A DNA stretch of 47,369 nt from Chitinophagales bacterium (lineage in GTDB: Bacteria > Bacteroidota > Bacteroidia > Chitinophagales > LD1), in NCBI GenBank assembly GCA_044360745.1, contig JBIKJU010000002.1, forward strand, positions 1-47,369, written 5' to 3'. A program made the position numbers and the translations under genes. Under the pieces are notes generated by a model that saw only the letters and a list, made by a program, of their open reading frames with translations, searched no databases and was not told where the DNA came from. Shown here in pieces: positions 36,309 through 47,369 of this stretch. The first letter of the stretch is position 1. Each line of letters starts with the position of its first letter.

Positions 36309-37154
36309 TTAAGGGTTTATGCGTTTGGCTAATAATATACTTATTTCATATAAAAAATAAATGGGCACTGCTACAACCATCATTGTAAACATATCAGGCG
36401 ATGGGGTGATAACCGCAGCTACAATGAGGATGACTACAAAGGCATGGCGCCTAAACTGTTGCATAAATGAAGCTGTGAGTAAACCCATCTTAGCTAAAAG
36501 ATAAACTACCATTGGCAATTCAAAAACAACACCACTGGCCAATAGCATTATAGATACAAAACCAACATAATTATCAAAAGTAAATCTGTTTTCTATCTGG
36601 TCACTCACTACATAGCTGGTAGCAAATGAAAGCGAAAAGGGTATTATTAAAAAATAAGCAAAAAGAACGCCAGCAGCAAAAAATAAAGATGAAAATAAAA
36701 TTACTCTTCCAGATTTTTTAGCTTCCGTTTCTGAAAGGGCAGGTTTAACAAAACGCCAAACTTCAAAAACAAAAACAGGAAATGCGAAGATAAAAGCCAA
36801 CAAAATACAGATCTGTAATTGGGCAATGAATTGACCAAAAAGCGCAGTATTCAAAAATGTAATATTGATATCCTTAAAACATAAACCTTCTTGGGGACAT
36901 AAAAATGAACTTATATCACAAAGTAATGGCCTAATTTTATTAGATAAACTGCACAGCACACGATAGGTGATGAAATCACTTTTTACTGGTCCGAACAATA
37001 ACTTATCAAATACAAATTTACTATTAAAAAGGGCTATCGTAGCAAAAACAACTACAGTAAGAACTGAACGAAACAAGTGCTTTCGCAGTTCGTCAATGTG
37101 GTCAAAAAAACCCATCTCCTTTTCATCACTGATTTGATCTTTCTTTAAAATCAT
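36309..37154 (-). CDS. tatC: Twin-arginine translocase subunit TatC
   Basis: FFDHIDELRKHLFRS N-terminal motif and 6 transmembrane helices. The start could alternatively be the ATG 13 codons in (MGFFDH). Confidence 0.9.
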   Translation of the reverse strand: MILKKDQISDEKEMGFFDHIDELRKHLFRSVLTVVVFATIALFNSKFVFDKLLFGPVKSDFITYRVLCSLSNKIRPLLCDISSFLCPQEGLCFKDINITFLNTALFGQFIAQLQICILLAFIFAFPVFVFEVWRFVKPALSETEAKKSGRVILFSSLFFAAGVLFAYFLIIPFSLSFATSYVVSDQIENRFTFDNYVGFVSIMLLASGVVFELPMVVYLLAKMGLLTASFMQQFRRHAFVVILIVAAVITPSPDMFTMMVVAVPIYFLYEISILLAKRINP

Positions 37155-37261
37155 AAGGCGAAGATAAAAGACAATTTCAAAACTGTGTTTTAATCTTTTT
37201 AATCAATAGTTTTAATTGCAATCTGGGTATCGCTAAAATAATTGTGGATTATACAAAAAAA

Positions 37262-38182
37262 CTAGTTACTACCCTCTAAAATTCTAAATATTTCTTTCAG
37301 ATCTGGAGAGAGGACAATTTCTATCCTTCTGTTTTTTGCTCTGCCCTCTGAAGTATCATTAGTTTCTATTGGGAAAAATTCTGCATGACCTGATGGTGTA
37401 ATGCGCTTAGGATCTACCCCACCATCATTTATCAATATGTCTGTGACTGATGTAGCCCTCATCACACTTAAATCCCAGTTATTCTTAATGTCTCCTTTTG
37501 GATTGATATAAGCTTTATTGTCCGTGTGGCCTTCTACTACTATTCCAATTTCAAGTTGCTTATTGAGTACTTCAGAAAGCTGAACAATAGCCGACTTGCC
37601 TTTATCATCTACCTGAAAACTACCTGTTTTGAAAAGTAACTTGTCTGATAACGACACGTATACTTTTCCATCTTTTTCTGATACAGTGAGTTCACTGCTA
37701 TTAAACCCTTTCAAGGCATCAGCAATTTTCTTTCTTAATGCGCTAACGGCCTCTTCCTTTTTCTTTATCAAATCTTCTAAATCCCTGATGCGCTTCTCTC
37801 TCTCTTCGAGAGCCTTTTCTTTTTCATTTAAAGCAATTCTCAATTTTTCTCGTTCTGAGTTGGAGCTTTTCCCCATTTCTTCCATTCTTTTTCGTAAATC
37901 ATCGTATTGGCCTTGTGTAAGATCAAGCTCTTTTTTTACTTTATCTAACGATTTTTTATTGGTAATCAATTCATTGTTTAGGTCTCCGATATCGGAAGTA
38001 GATTTGCTTAATAGACTTTTCGTATTTGTTAAGTCCTCGTTTGCCTTTTTAAGACTCTCTTCACAATCATTAAGTTTGCTTTCAAGCTTTGAAGCAAGAT
38101 CCTTTTGTGCATCAAAGTTCTTTTTTGAAACTAAACATGATGATAACCCCATTATCATCGCTAAAACCATTGCGTATCTCAT
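37262..38182 (-). CDS. OmpA-family lipoprotein with a long coiled-coil N-region
   Basis: Lipobox MGLSSC. A Lys/Glu-rich heptad-like segment. C-terminal EGHTDNKAY...NWDLSVMRATSV...GRAKNRRIEIVL. Confidence 0.85.
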   Translation of the reverse strand: MRYAMVLAMIMGLSSCLVSKKNFDAQKDLASKLESKLNDCEESLKKANEDLTNTKSLLSKSTSDIGDLNNELITNKKSLDKVKKELDLTQGQYDDLRKRMEEMGKSSNSEREKLRIALNEKEKALEEREKRIRDLEDLIKKKEEAVSALRKKIADALKGFNSSELTVSEKDGKVYVSLSDKLLFKTGSFQVDDKGKSAIVQLSEVLNKQLEIGIVVEGHTDNKAYINPKGDIKNNWDLSVMRATSVTDILINDGGVDPKRITPSGHAEFFPIETNDTSEGRAKNRRIEIVLSPDLKEIFRILEGSN

Positions 38183-38339
38183 ATTCTAATTTTGGGCTAA
38201 TTTAATCTTAACAACTTCAATAAAGACATGCCTATTAACAAAAAAATTGTGGACGTATAGTATAACAGAATTTGAAATTTAAAATTATTTTTCTATGTTT
38301 ACGAAACTCAAAAACGTTAACAACTTTTATAATATACTC

Positions 38340-39659
38340 ATGAAAGTACATCTTACCCTTTTAACACTTATAAGTTTCGGCTTATTACAGGCTCAAACCT
38401 TTTATAGCAATGGTGCTCAAATAGGTGTAAATACTGGCGCTCAAATGATTGTGAAAGCTGGAGGTTTACCGTCTACTGGAAGTTTAGAAAACGCATCAAA
38501 TGGCACCTTTAAGAATATGGGACAAGTATACATAGAGGGTGATTTTATAAACTCAAATGGGACTGCTGATGGATTTGCTTCTAATACTGGAGAATATATC
38601 GTATTTGGAGATTGGGTAAATAGCGCTACTTTTAATGCTGACCAAAGCAAGGTTTTTTTGAGAGGCACGAATCAACAAATCACTGGTAGTAGCGTCACTA
38701 CTTTTTATGATTTAATAGCTGAAAATCCTGGTACTGTAAAAACTCAAACTATAGATGCTAATGTAGCTGGCACACTCACCTTGAATAGCAATGAATTAGC
38801 TACTGGAAATAACAAAATGACTATTTTAAATCCAAATCCGAGCAGCATCATTGTAAATGGAGTAAATGACGCTTTTGTGAGTAGCACTGGAGTCGGCAAA
38901 CTAAGTAGATATACCAACAGCACATCTGAATACCTCTTCCCAACTGGCTGGAACAATGCAGGTATTCCTATCATTCGTGAAGCATCAGTAGTCCCTTCTA
39001 ACAACGCTAATCACATATATGACGTTAGGTTTGCGTTTAATTCTCTAAGCACTACTACTACTACTGATGATGGATATAGCATCAATAGTAAAGCGGCAAA
39101 TGTTCAGTCTGTTAATGATAAATTTTATCATTTAGTAGCTTCAAATGATAATACTTCTGCTGATTTAGGCATTTTCTTTGACCCTATTCAAGATGGCGCA
39201 TGGACATCTGTGGGACGTTGGGAATCGCTACCACAATGGCAAGATTTATTACAAGCCAGTCAAGCCACATCAAGCCCTAGAGCCAACCTTGTTCGTTCGG
39301 CTTGGGTTGATAACGAAAGAGAGCCACATGCATTGATAAGACCTATAGTATTAGAAACAGAATATGACTTTCCAAACGCTTTTATACCTGGGGCAACCGA
39401 TCCTAGTGTACCTGCTGAAGATAGATTTTTCTCCATCATTAACTTTGGACAAAAAGTAGTGCTAGACGAACTTATGGTCTTTAACAGATGGGGGGAAATG
39501 GTTTTTAATAGTAAACGAGAGGGCACTGATAAATGGGATGGCTTTTTTCAAGGAAAGCTCCAACAACAAGGCAATTATACCTACTTGGCAAAACTTAGAA
39601 GATCTGCTACTGGAGAATCTCTCCCTGTAAGAACAGGCAATTTATCACTCATTTGGTAA
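38340..39659 (+). CDS. T9SS cargo with a gliding-motility-associated (type-B) C-terminal domain
   Basis: Start set at MKVHLTLLTLISFGLLQAQ. The C-terminus FPNAFIPGA...FFSI.....V..DELMVFNRWGEMVFNS...WDGFFQGKLQQQGNYTYLAKL...GNLSLIW is the type-B CTD pattern. Confidence 0.8.
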   Translation: MKVHLTLLTLISFGLLQAQTFYSNGAQIGVNTGAQMIVKAGGLPSTGSLENASNGTFKNMGQVYIEGDFINSNGTADGFASNTGEYIVFGDWVNSATFNADQSKVFLRGTNQQITGSSVTTFYDLIAENPGTVKTQTIDANVAGTLTLNSNELATGNNKMTILNPNPSSIIVNGVNDAFVSSTGVGKLSRYTNSTSEYLFPTGWNNAGIPIIREASVVPSNNANHIYDVRFAFNSLSTTTTTDDGYSINSKAANVQSVNDKFYHLVASNDNTSADLGIFFDPIQDGAWTSVGRWESLPQWQDLLQASQATSSPRANLVRSAWVDNEREPHALIRPIVLETEYDFPNAFIPGATDPSVPAEDRFFSIINFGQKVVLDELMVFNRWGEMVFNSKREGTDKWDGFFQGKLQQQGNYTYLAKLRRSATGESLPVRTGNLSLIW

Positions 39660-39680
39660 CATCAGCATAATACCCCACTT

Positions 39681-40712
39681 ATGAAAAAAGTTATACTCTC
39701 CCTTTTAGTCCTAATATCAATTTCGACAAATGCCCAAGACACTCATTATTCACAGTTTTTCAACTCTCCACTCACCCTCAATCCTGCATTGACGGGACTT
39801 ACGAAGGGTTCGGCAAGATTTGGTGCTATATATCGAAACCAATGGTTTAGTGCTGTCAATAATGGCTTTTTCAATTCTCCATTTCAAACACCTTCAGCAT
39901 TTGTAGATGCCCCAATTAGAATCAAAAACGATGCAATAGGAGTAGGAGGAATGTTTTTATATGACAGAGCAGGTGCTGGTTCTTTTACTACTTTTCAAGG
40001 GCAAGCTTCACTTTCGTATATAAAAGGGCTGGGTAGAAACGGAAATCACCAAATCTCAGCTGGCTTTCAATTAGGATATACTCAAGTGCGATTAGTTAGA
40101 GATGATTTACAGTTTACGAGTCAGTTTGACAACAATAATCAGTTTACTGGAAACCCATTCGGTTTTGCACTTACTCCTAATGTAGGCTATGTAAACCTCA
40201 ATGTAGGATTGCTTTACTACGGTCAATTGACAAAAAATTTGAGCATGTATGTAGGTGGCGCTTTTTTCAACGCTACAGGCATGAAATATAACCTTTCATC
40301 TAACAACGAAAAACGTGAGCTTTATTTTAGAGGTAATGCTCAAATGGGCTTTGATATTCGATTTGGCAAGTTTCACCTTTTACCATCTGCCCTCTTTATG
40401 CAGCAGGCAAAAGCCGACCAACTTAATACTGGGTTAGGTTTTGGTTTTGATTTTACAGAAAATGTAAATATGACCTTAGGTATTTACAATAGAGCCAACA
40501 ATGTTTCAAACAAGTTTGGGCAAGTAGATGCCATCATTCCCTATGCTGGCTTTGAAGTGAAAAACTTTAAACTAGGAGCTAGTTATGACTTTACCCTCAC
40601 TCGCTTTAAAGAAGCTGGAAACGGTACAGGAGCCCTAGAGATATCACTTATGTATATCATCATGCCCAAGAAAAATAGCGTAGATAGAGTAATTTTCTGT
40701 CCAAGGTTTTAA
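39681..40712 (+). CDS. PorP/SprF-family T9SS outer-membrane protein
   Basis: Signal peptide, then AQDTHYSQFFNSPLTLNPALTG and alternating beta-strand-like segments to a terminal ...CPRF. Sits immediately downstream of the type-B cargo gene. Confidence 0.88.
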   Translation: MKKVILSLLVLISISTNAQDTHYSQFFNSPLTLNPALTGLTKGSARFGAIYRNQWFSAVNNGFFNSPFQTPSAFVDAPIRIKNDAIGVGGMFLYDRAGAGSFTTFQGQASLSYIKGLGRNGNHQISAGFQLGYTQVRLVRDDLQFTSQFDNNNQFTGNPFGFALTPNVGYVNLNVGLLYYGQLTKNLSMYVGGAFFNATGMKYNLSSNNEKRELYFRGNAQMGFDIRFGKFHLLPSALFMQQAKADQLNTGLGFGFDFTENVNMTLGIYNRANNVSNKFGQVDAIIPYAGFEVKNFKLGASYDFTLTRFKEAGNGTGALEISLMYIIMPKKNSVDRVIFCPRF

Positions 40713-40731
40713 TTCCACACCTTAATATCTT

Positions 40732-40762
40732 AAAAAGCCCTTCAAATTTGAAGGGCTTTTTT
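40732..40762 (+). terminator. Rho-independent terminator after the PorP/SprF gene
   Basis: Perfect palindrome AAAAGCCCTTCAAA/TTTGAAGGGCTTTT followed by TTG. Confidence 0.75.
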
Positions 40763-40790
40763 GTTTAGCTTTTTTTAAACAAAATTTACC

Positions 40791-40806
40791 TACCAAACGT
40801 TTGGTA
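40791..40806. promoter_or_regulatory. Perfect 16-bp palindrome TACCAAACGTTTGGTA, a candidate operator upstream of the acyl-CoA dehydrogenase
   Basis: 8-bp arms with no spacer and no mismatch. Ends 59 nt upstream of ATG 40866. It is not part of the terminator hairpin. Confidence 0.4.
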
Positions 40807-40865
40807 AAGAGAGAATTTTCTTATTTTTACAATTCACATTTATAAACCATCAAAAAAATAGCTTT

Positions 40866-42671
40866 ATGAGCACAACTACAGACAAAAAAGCAGGTATCAG
40901 AGGCGGACAGTTTTTAATCCAAGAATCTTCGTGGGAAGACATTTTTATCCCTGAAGAAATCACGGAAGAACAGCAGATGATGCGAGATATGACAAAAGAC
41001 TTTATAAGCCAAGAAATCGACCCTCGCTTAGAAGAACTCGACAAAGATCCTATGCTTGGAGTAGAGGTTCTCAATAAAGCCGGAGAGTTAGGTTTACTTG
41101 GGTTACACATCCCTACTGAATTTGGTGGAGAAGGCAAAGATACTACTACCTTTTCGTATGTGACAGAAGTATTGGGTGGTGCACACGGTATATCTGTGGC
41201 TATAGGTGCTCATACGGGCATTGGTACTTGTCCTATCATATACTACGGTACTGACGAGCAACGTGCCAAATATCTTCCAAAATTGGCTACTGGTGAGTTA
41301 AAAGCAGCTTACTGCCTTACTGAGCCATGGAGTGGTTCAGATGCGCTAGGGGCTAAAACTAAAGCAGTGCTAAGCGAAGATGGTAAGCATTATATAGTAA
41401 ATGGTCAAAAAATGTGGATTACCAATGCTGGTTTCGCAGATGTGTTTGTGGTATTCGCAAAGATAGATGGCGATGATAAAAAATTCACTGGCTTCATCCT
41501 AGAAAAAGGCATGGAAGGATTGAGCGTGGGTGCAGAAGAGAAAAAAATGGGTATCAAATCTTCAAGCACACGCCAAGTGTTTTTCAACAACGTGAAAGTG
41601 CCAGTAGAAAACCTTTTAGGAGAAATTGGAAAAGGACATAAAATCGCATTCCAAATCTTGAACATTGGACGCTACAAATTATGTAATGGAGTACTAGGTG
41701 GCTCAAAGAGAGCTCTTGACCAAGCTGTGAAATATGCCAATGAAAGACAACAATTCAAAACACCTATCGCTAATTTTGGAGCAATCAAACACAAACTTGG
41801 CGAAATGGCTATCAAAATATGGACAGCGGAGTCGGCATCATGGCGTGTGTGTGGCTGGATAAATCAAGAAGAGCATGATTTGAAAGCTGCTGGAAAAACT
41901 ATGACTGAATATTTTACAGGCGGTGCAGAGGAGTTTCAAATCGAATGTGCAATGTTAAAAGTACTTGGGTCGGAAGTTTTGGACTTTGTAGTAGATGAGG
42001 CATTGCAAGTGCATGGTGGATATGGCTTCTCTGAAGAATATCCGATGGCTAGGGCGTACAGAGATGCTCGTATAAACAGGATTTTTGAAGGCACTAACGA
42101 AATTAATAGAATGTTGTCTATAGATGCATTGCTCAAATTTGCGATGAATGGCAAAATAGACCTTATGACTCCAGGAATGGCTATCCAAAAAGAATTGATG
42201 AGTGTGCCAGACTTTAGCTCTCCAGATGTTGATGATGTTTTTGGTGTTGAGCGCATCGCGCTAAAAAATGCAAAAAAAGCATTCTTGTTGGTAGCTGGTG
42301 GTGCTGTACAAAAACTAATGATGAAACTCAAAGATGAGCAAGAAATATTAATGAACGCAGCAGATGTATTGATCGATATTTTCACTATGGAATCTGCCTT
42401 ATTGCGTGCAGAAAAACTAATCAACTTGCATGGTTTAGAAGCTTCTCAATTGTATGTAGATATGGTGAAATGCTTCTTCTTTGATGCTATGGACAGAATA
42501 AACTCCAATGGAAGAAAAGGTTTGGCTTCTTTCGCTTCGGGCGATGAACTCCGTTTGATGGCTATGGGTATCAAACGATATACAAAATACGAAATGGTCA
42601 ACACAAAAGAAATCAGAAGAAGAGTAGCTGACAAGCTTATTGCTGAAAACGGATATTGCTTCTGGAATTAA
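40866..42671 (+). CDS. Long-form acyl-CoA dehydrogenase (about 600 aa, with a C-terminal helical extension)
   Basis: ACAD N/M/C domains (CLTEPWSGSDA, KMWITNAG, QVHGGYGFSEEYPMARAYRDARINRIFEGTNEI). Confidence 0.9.
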   Translation: MSTTTDKKAGIRGGQFLIQESSWEDIFIPEEITEEQQMMRDMTKDFISQEIDPRLEELDKDPMLGVEVLNKAGELGLLGLHIPTEFGGEGKDTTTFSYVTEVLGGAHGISVAIGAHTGIGTCPIIYYGTDEQRAKYLPKLATGELKAAYCLTEPWSGSDALGAKTKAVLSEDGKHYIVNGQKMWITNAGFADVFVVFAKIDGDDKKFTGFILEKGMEGLSVGAEEKKMGIKSSSTRQVFFNNVKVPVENLLGEIGKGHKIAFQILNIGRYKLCNGVLGGSKRALDQAVKYANERQQFKTPIANFGAIKHKLGEMAIKIWTAESASWRVCGWINQEEHDLKAAGKTMTEYFTGGAEEFQIECAMLKVLGSEVLDFVVDEALQVHGGYGFSEEYPMARAYRDARINRIFEGTNEINRMLSIDALLKFAMNGKIDLMTPGMAIQKELMSVPDFSSPDVDDVFGVERIALKNAKKAFLLVAGGAVQKLMMKLKDEQEILMNAADVLIDIFTMESALLRAEKLINLHGLEASQLYVDMVKCFFFDAMDRINSNGRKGLASFASGDELRLMAMGIKRYTKYEMVNTKEIRRRVADKLIAENGYCFWN

Positions 42672-42708
42672 GATTTGGTTTCACAGACATATTGATTCTT
42701 GAAAATTT

Positions 42709-42736
42709 AAGCCACGCCCACGAGCGTGGCTTTTTT
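42709..42736 (+). terminator. Rho-independent terminator after the acyl-CoA dehydrogenase (possibly bidirectional, also facing pyrH)
   Basis: Stem AAGCCACGC, loop ccacga, stem GCGTGGCTT, then TTTT. Confidence 0.75.
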
Positions 42737-42932
42737 ATGCTTGATGATTAAGCTACTGGAATAATTTCCATTAATTTTTCCGGTATAGTGGAAATTTTCA
42801 TACTTTTTTAAGAAAAATAAAACTATCCAAAAACATAAATTTTCACAAGCCTTCCTCAATGCTTATCCAGATGCGTTTACTCATATTATTACTCCTCAAA
42901 GTTTTGCGAGTTTCTGTGGGCTGGGCTTACAC

Positions 42933-45381
<2,449 letters not shown>

Positions 45382-45639
45382 AGTTTCAGTTTAATAAAAA
45401 TAAATAGTTGAATAGTTTCAAAGTGAAAAGGGTTGTAGGATAATTAAATTCCTAAGATTGATTTTCAATAAATAAATGGAGTTTTTTTGAAGTACTAACT
45501 TGTAGCACAATGCAAATATGGATATTTCTTTCTAAAAACCAAATTTTTGATTTTTGATTAGTTTTCAAAGTTTATTTCTTTGCTTTCTTTCATATGTATA
45601 AAGAAAACCTTATTTTGGCACATCTACAAAATACACCCC

Positions 45640-46131
45640 ATGCCTAGTTTCGATATTATCAGCAAAACAGACCCGCAGACAGCCGAAAATGCCATCAATG
45701 TAGCCCGTAAAGAAATTTTAAACAGATATGATTTTCATGGCTCAAAATCTGAAGTGGATTTTAATAAGAAAGATTTAGTACTTAATATTACTACAGAAAA
45801 TGAACTTCGCCTTAATGCAATCATAGATATTTTAATTTCTAGAGCTGGCAAACAGGGTATAGACCCTAGGAGTTTTGACCTAAGTAAAGAACATTATGGG
45901 AGTGGCGCAATGATTAAAAAAGAAGTGAAACTAAAAAACGGATTAGATAAAGATGCCATGAAAAAAATAGTGAAGAGTATAAAAGATAGTGGCTTAAAAG
46001 TACAAGCAGCGCAGATGGACAACATAGTACGAGTAACTGCAAAAAAAATAGATGACCTACAAGCTGTAATACAACATTGCAAGAATGCCGATGTAGGATT
46101 TCCGCTCCAGTTTGAAAATATGAAATCATAA
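45640..46131 (+). CDS. yajQ: YajQ-family (UPF0234) nucleotide-binding protein
   Basis: MPSFDIISKTDPQTAENAINVARKEILNRYDFHGSK is the canonical YajQ N-terminus. The track start (TTG 45580) was rejected in favour of ATG 45640. Confidence 0.85.
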   Translation: MPSFDIISKTDPQTAENAINVARKEILNRYDFHGSKSEVDFNKKDLVLNITTENELRLNAIIDILISRAGKQGIDPRSFDLSKEHYGSGAMIKKEVKLKNGLDKDAMKKIVKSIKDSGLKVQAAQMDNIVRVTAKKIDDLQAVIQHCKNADVGFPLQFENMKS

Positions 46132-46143
46132 AACAAGAATAAA

Positions 46144-46416
46144 ATGGGATTTTTTGATCAGATGAAACAGCTCAATGAGCTAAAGTCTAAAATGGAAGAA
46201 GTAAAATCTAAATTAGATACCCTAGAAGTAGTAGAGGAAGATGCAAGTTTTAAAATCACAACTACTGGCAATAGGAAAGTAAAGTCTATAGAAGTAAAAG
46301 ACCCAATTGCTAAGATGGAACTGCTTACCGCTGCTATCAATAGAGCATTAGAAAAAACAGACAGTATAGTACAATCGGAAATGATGGGTGCTATGCCAAG
46401 TATACCTGGCTTATAA
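46144..46416 (+). CDS. ybaB: YbaB/EbfC-family nucleoid-associated protein
   Basis: 90 aa. ...MKQLNELKSKMEEVKSKLDTLEVVEEDASFKITTTGNRKVKSIEV... fits the YbaB pattern. Confidence 0.8.
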   Translation: MGFFDQMKQLNELKSKMEEVKSKLDTLEVVEEDASFKITTTGNRKVKSIEVKDPIAKMELLTAAINRALEKTDSIVQSEMMGAMPSIPGL

Positions 46417-46425
46417 ATCAAAAAA

Positions 46426-47369
46426 GTGACAGTAAAACAACTAGACATTATCAATATCGGACTCATGCTATTGGCATGTCTAGCAGCTTTCTTAATACCA
46501 TTTGAACTTTTTTTGCTTTCATATGCTATACTAGGACCGTTGCATTATCTTACTGAAATAGGATGGCTTCACAAACGTGATTATTTTTCTACTGGCAAAT
46601 TTGACTATTTGTGGCTATCTCTTTTATGTTTGGTAGTGGTGATGTTGGGGTTTATATTTACTGATGTAGATCCAAAAGTGAGTGCCTACTTTATGTTTGT
46701 GGGTTTTGCAAGTGCTATAGCTATGATTGCCTTCCCTTCATTTTTTCATAAAGTGATAACTATCACTGTTATTTTTTTTCTTGGACTTTTGTTCATAGAC
46801 ATGCCATTGTTTTTAATTCTATTCGCCATTTTGCTACCAACTATAATACATGTATTTTTATTTACTGCTTTGTTTATTATACAAGGTGCTTTAAAAAACA
46901 AAAGTATAACAGGACTTATTTCTGTGCTTGTGTTTACTGCATGTGCAGTATCTTTTTTTATTTATCAGCCCCGCTTTGATTTTTACACTATATCTACTTA
47001 TGCTCGCGAAAATTTAGTCTCTACAACATTTCATTTTGTAAATCAATATCTGCTATATTTTGGTGGAGTAAATAATCCAGACATGGATACAATTTTCAAT
47101 TCTACAGCAGGATATAGTGTGATGCGGTTGATTGCATTTGCCTACACTTATCACTACCTCAATTGGTTTTCAAAAACATCAGTCATAAAATGGCATGAAG
47201 TATCTAAAAAATGGCTAATAACTATTTTCATAGCATGGGTTGCAAGCGTAGGCTTGTATTTTTATGACTATATAGTAGGACTAAAAGCTTTGTTGTTATT
47301 AAGTATGCTTCATGTTTTTTTAGAGTTTCCACTTAATTTTAGATCTGTGCAAGGTATTTTTAGCTCGTT
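46426..47369 (+). CDS. Polytopic membrane protein of unknown function; 5' part only, the gene runs off the right edge
   Basis: Not in the track because there is no stop inside the window. The open frame runs from GTG 46426 (or ATG 46465) to the window end. Hand translation shows at least 7 hydrophobic segments and His-containing motifs (GPLHYLTEIGWLHKRDYF, AFAYTYHYLNWF, MLHVFLEFPLN). Confidence 0.6.
   Translation, partial: MTVKQLDIINIGLMLLACLAAFLIPFELFLLSYAILGPLHYLTEIGWLHKRDYFSTGKFDYLWLSLLCLVVVMLGFIFTDVDPKVSAYFMFVGFASAIAMIAFPSFFHKVITITVIFFLGLLFIDMPLFLILFAILLPTIIHVFLFTALFIIQGALKNKSITGLISVLVFTACAVSFFIYQPRFDFYTISTYARENLVSTTFHFVNQYLLYFGGVNNPDMDTIFNSTAGYSVMRLIAFAYTYHYLNWFSKTSVIKWHEVSKKWLITIFIAWVASVGLYFYDYIVGLKALLLLSMLHVFLEFPLNFRSVQGIFSS

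Noticed and set aside
37629-38189. 186-aa + strand ORF rich in Ser/Phe/Leu
   Set aside because: Antisense to the Lys/Glu-rich coiled-coil part of the OmpA-family lipoprotein (AAA/GAA read as TTT/TTC). The OmpA frame has a lipobox and a canonical C-terminal domain.
45580-45639. N-terminal extensions in track ORFs: yajQ from 45580, bshA from 27471, ybeY to 29106, FeoA to 32270, type-B cargo from 38295, pyrH to 43655
   Set aside because: The extensions start at non-ATG codons or add hydrophobic or odd residues ahead of family-typical N-termini (MPSFDII, MKIGIV, MAKYKRV, MKPLSDL, MKVHLTLL). The internal ATG starts give canonical lengths.

Overview
This is a low-GC chromosomal window that reads as Bacteroidota (Flavobacteriia/Cytophagia-like). 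The signs are type IX secretion (T9SS) C-terminal sorting domains, a PorP/SprF gene, SprB-type repeats, a short ~290-aa RpoD, ribosomal protein bTHX and TAnnTTTG -7-like boxes. Roughly 40% of the window is T9SS cargo. This comprises a >1,600-aa tandem-module protein running off the left edge (1..4808, minus strand, absent from the ORF track), a 2,791-aa multidomain adhesin (14262..22637), an M43 metalloprotease (24530..27352), a di-haem cytochrome c peroxidase with a sorting tail (12778..14166), and a type-B-CTD protein paired with PorP/SprF (38340..40712). Housekeeping genes are interleaved: gatA, tatA, serS, rpmH-rnpA, membrane pyrophosphatase, PPK2, rraA, bshA, ybeY, rpoD, bTHX, dgkA, fused E1 alpha/beta, rpiB, tatC, acyl-CoA dehydrogenase, pyrH, rho, yajQ and ybaB. 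Five likely genes are missing from the supplied track (two edge-truncated genes, rpmH, bTHX and a 42-aa lipoprotein), and many track ORFs are antisense shadows. The most unusual items are: a membrane pyrophosphatase with a C-terminal Cys-rich linker plus an OmpA-like domain; an 80-nt out-of-frame rpmH/rnpA overlap; tandem GEVED-type modules in the giant adhesin; a perfect 16-bp palindrome upstream of the acyl-CoA dehydrogenase; and a long low-complexity insert in Rho. I found no CRISPR array, tRNA/rRNA, transposase/integrase, toxin-antitoxin pair or recognisable defence operon, and I cannot point to a clear novel multi-gene system. All family calls come from motif recognition by eye; no searches were run.
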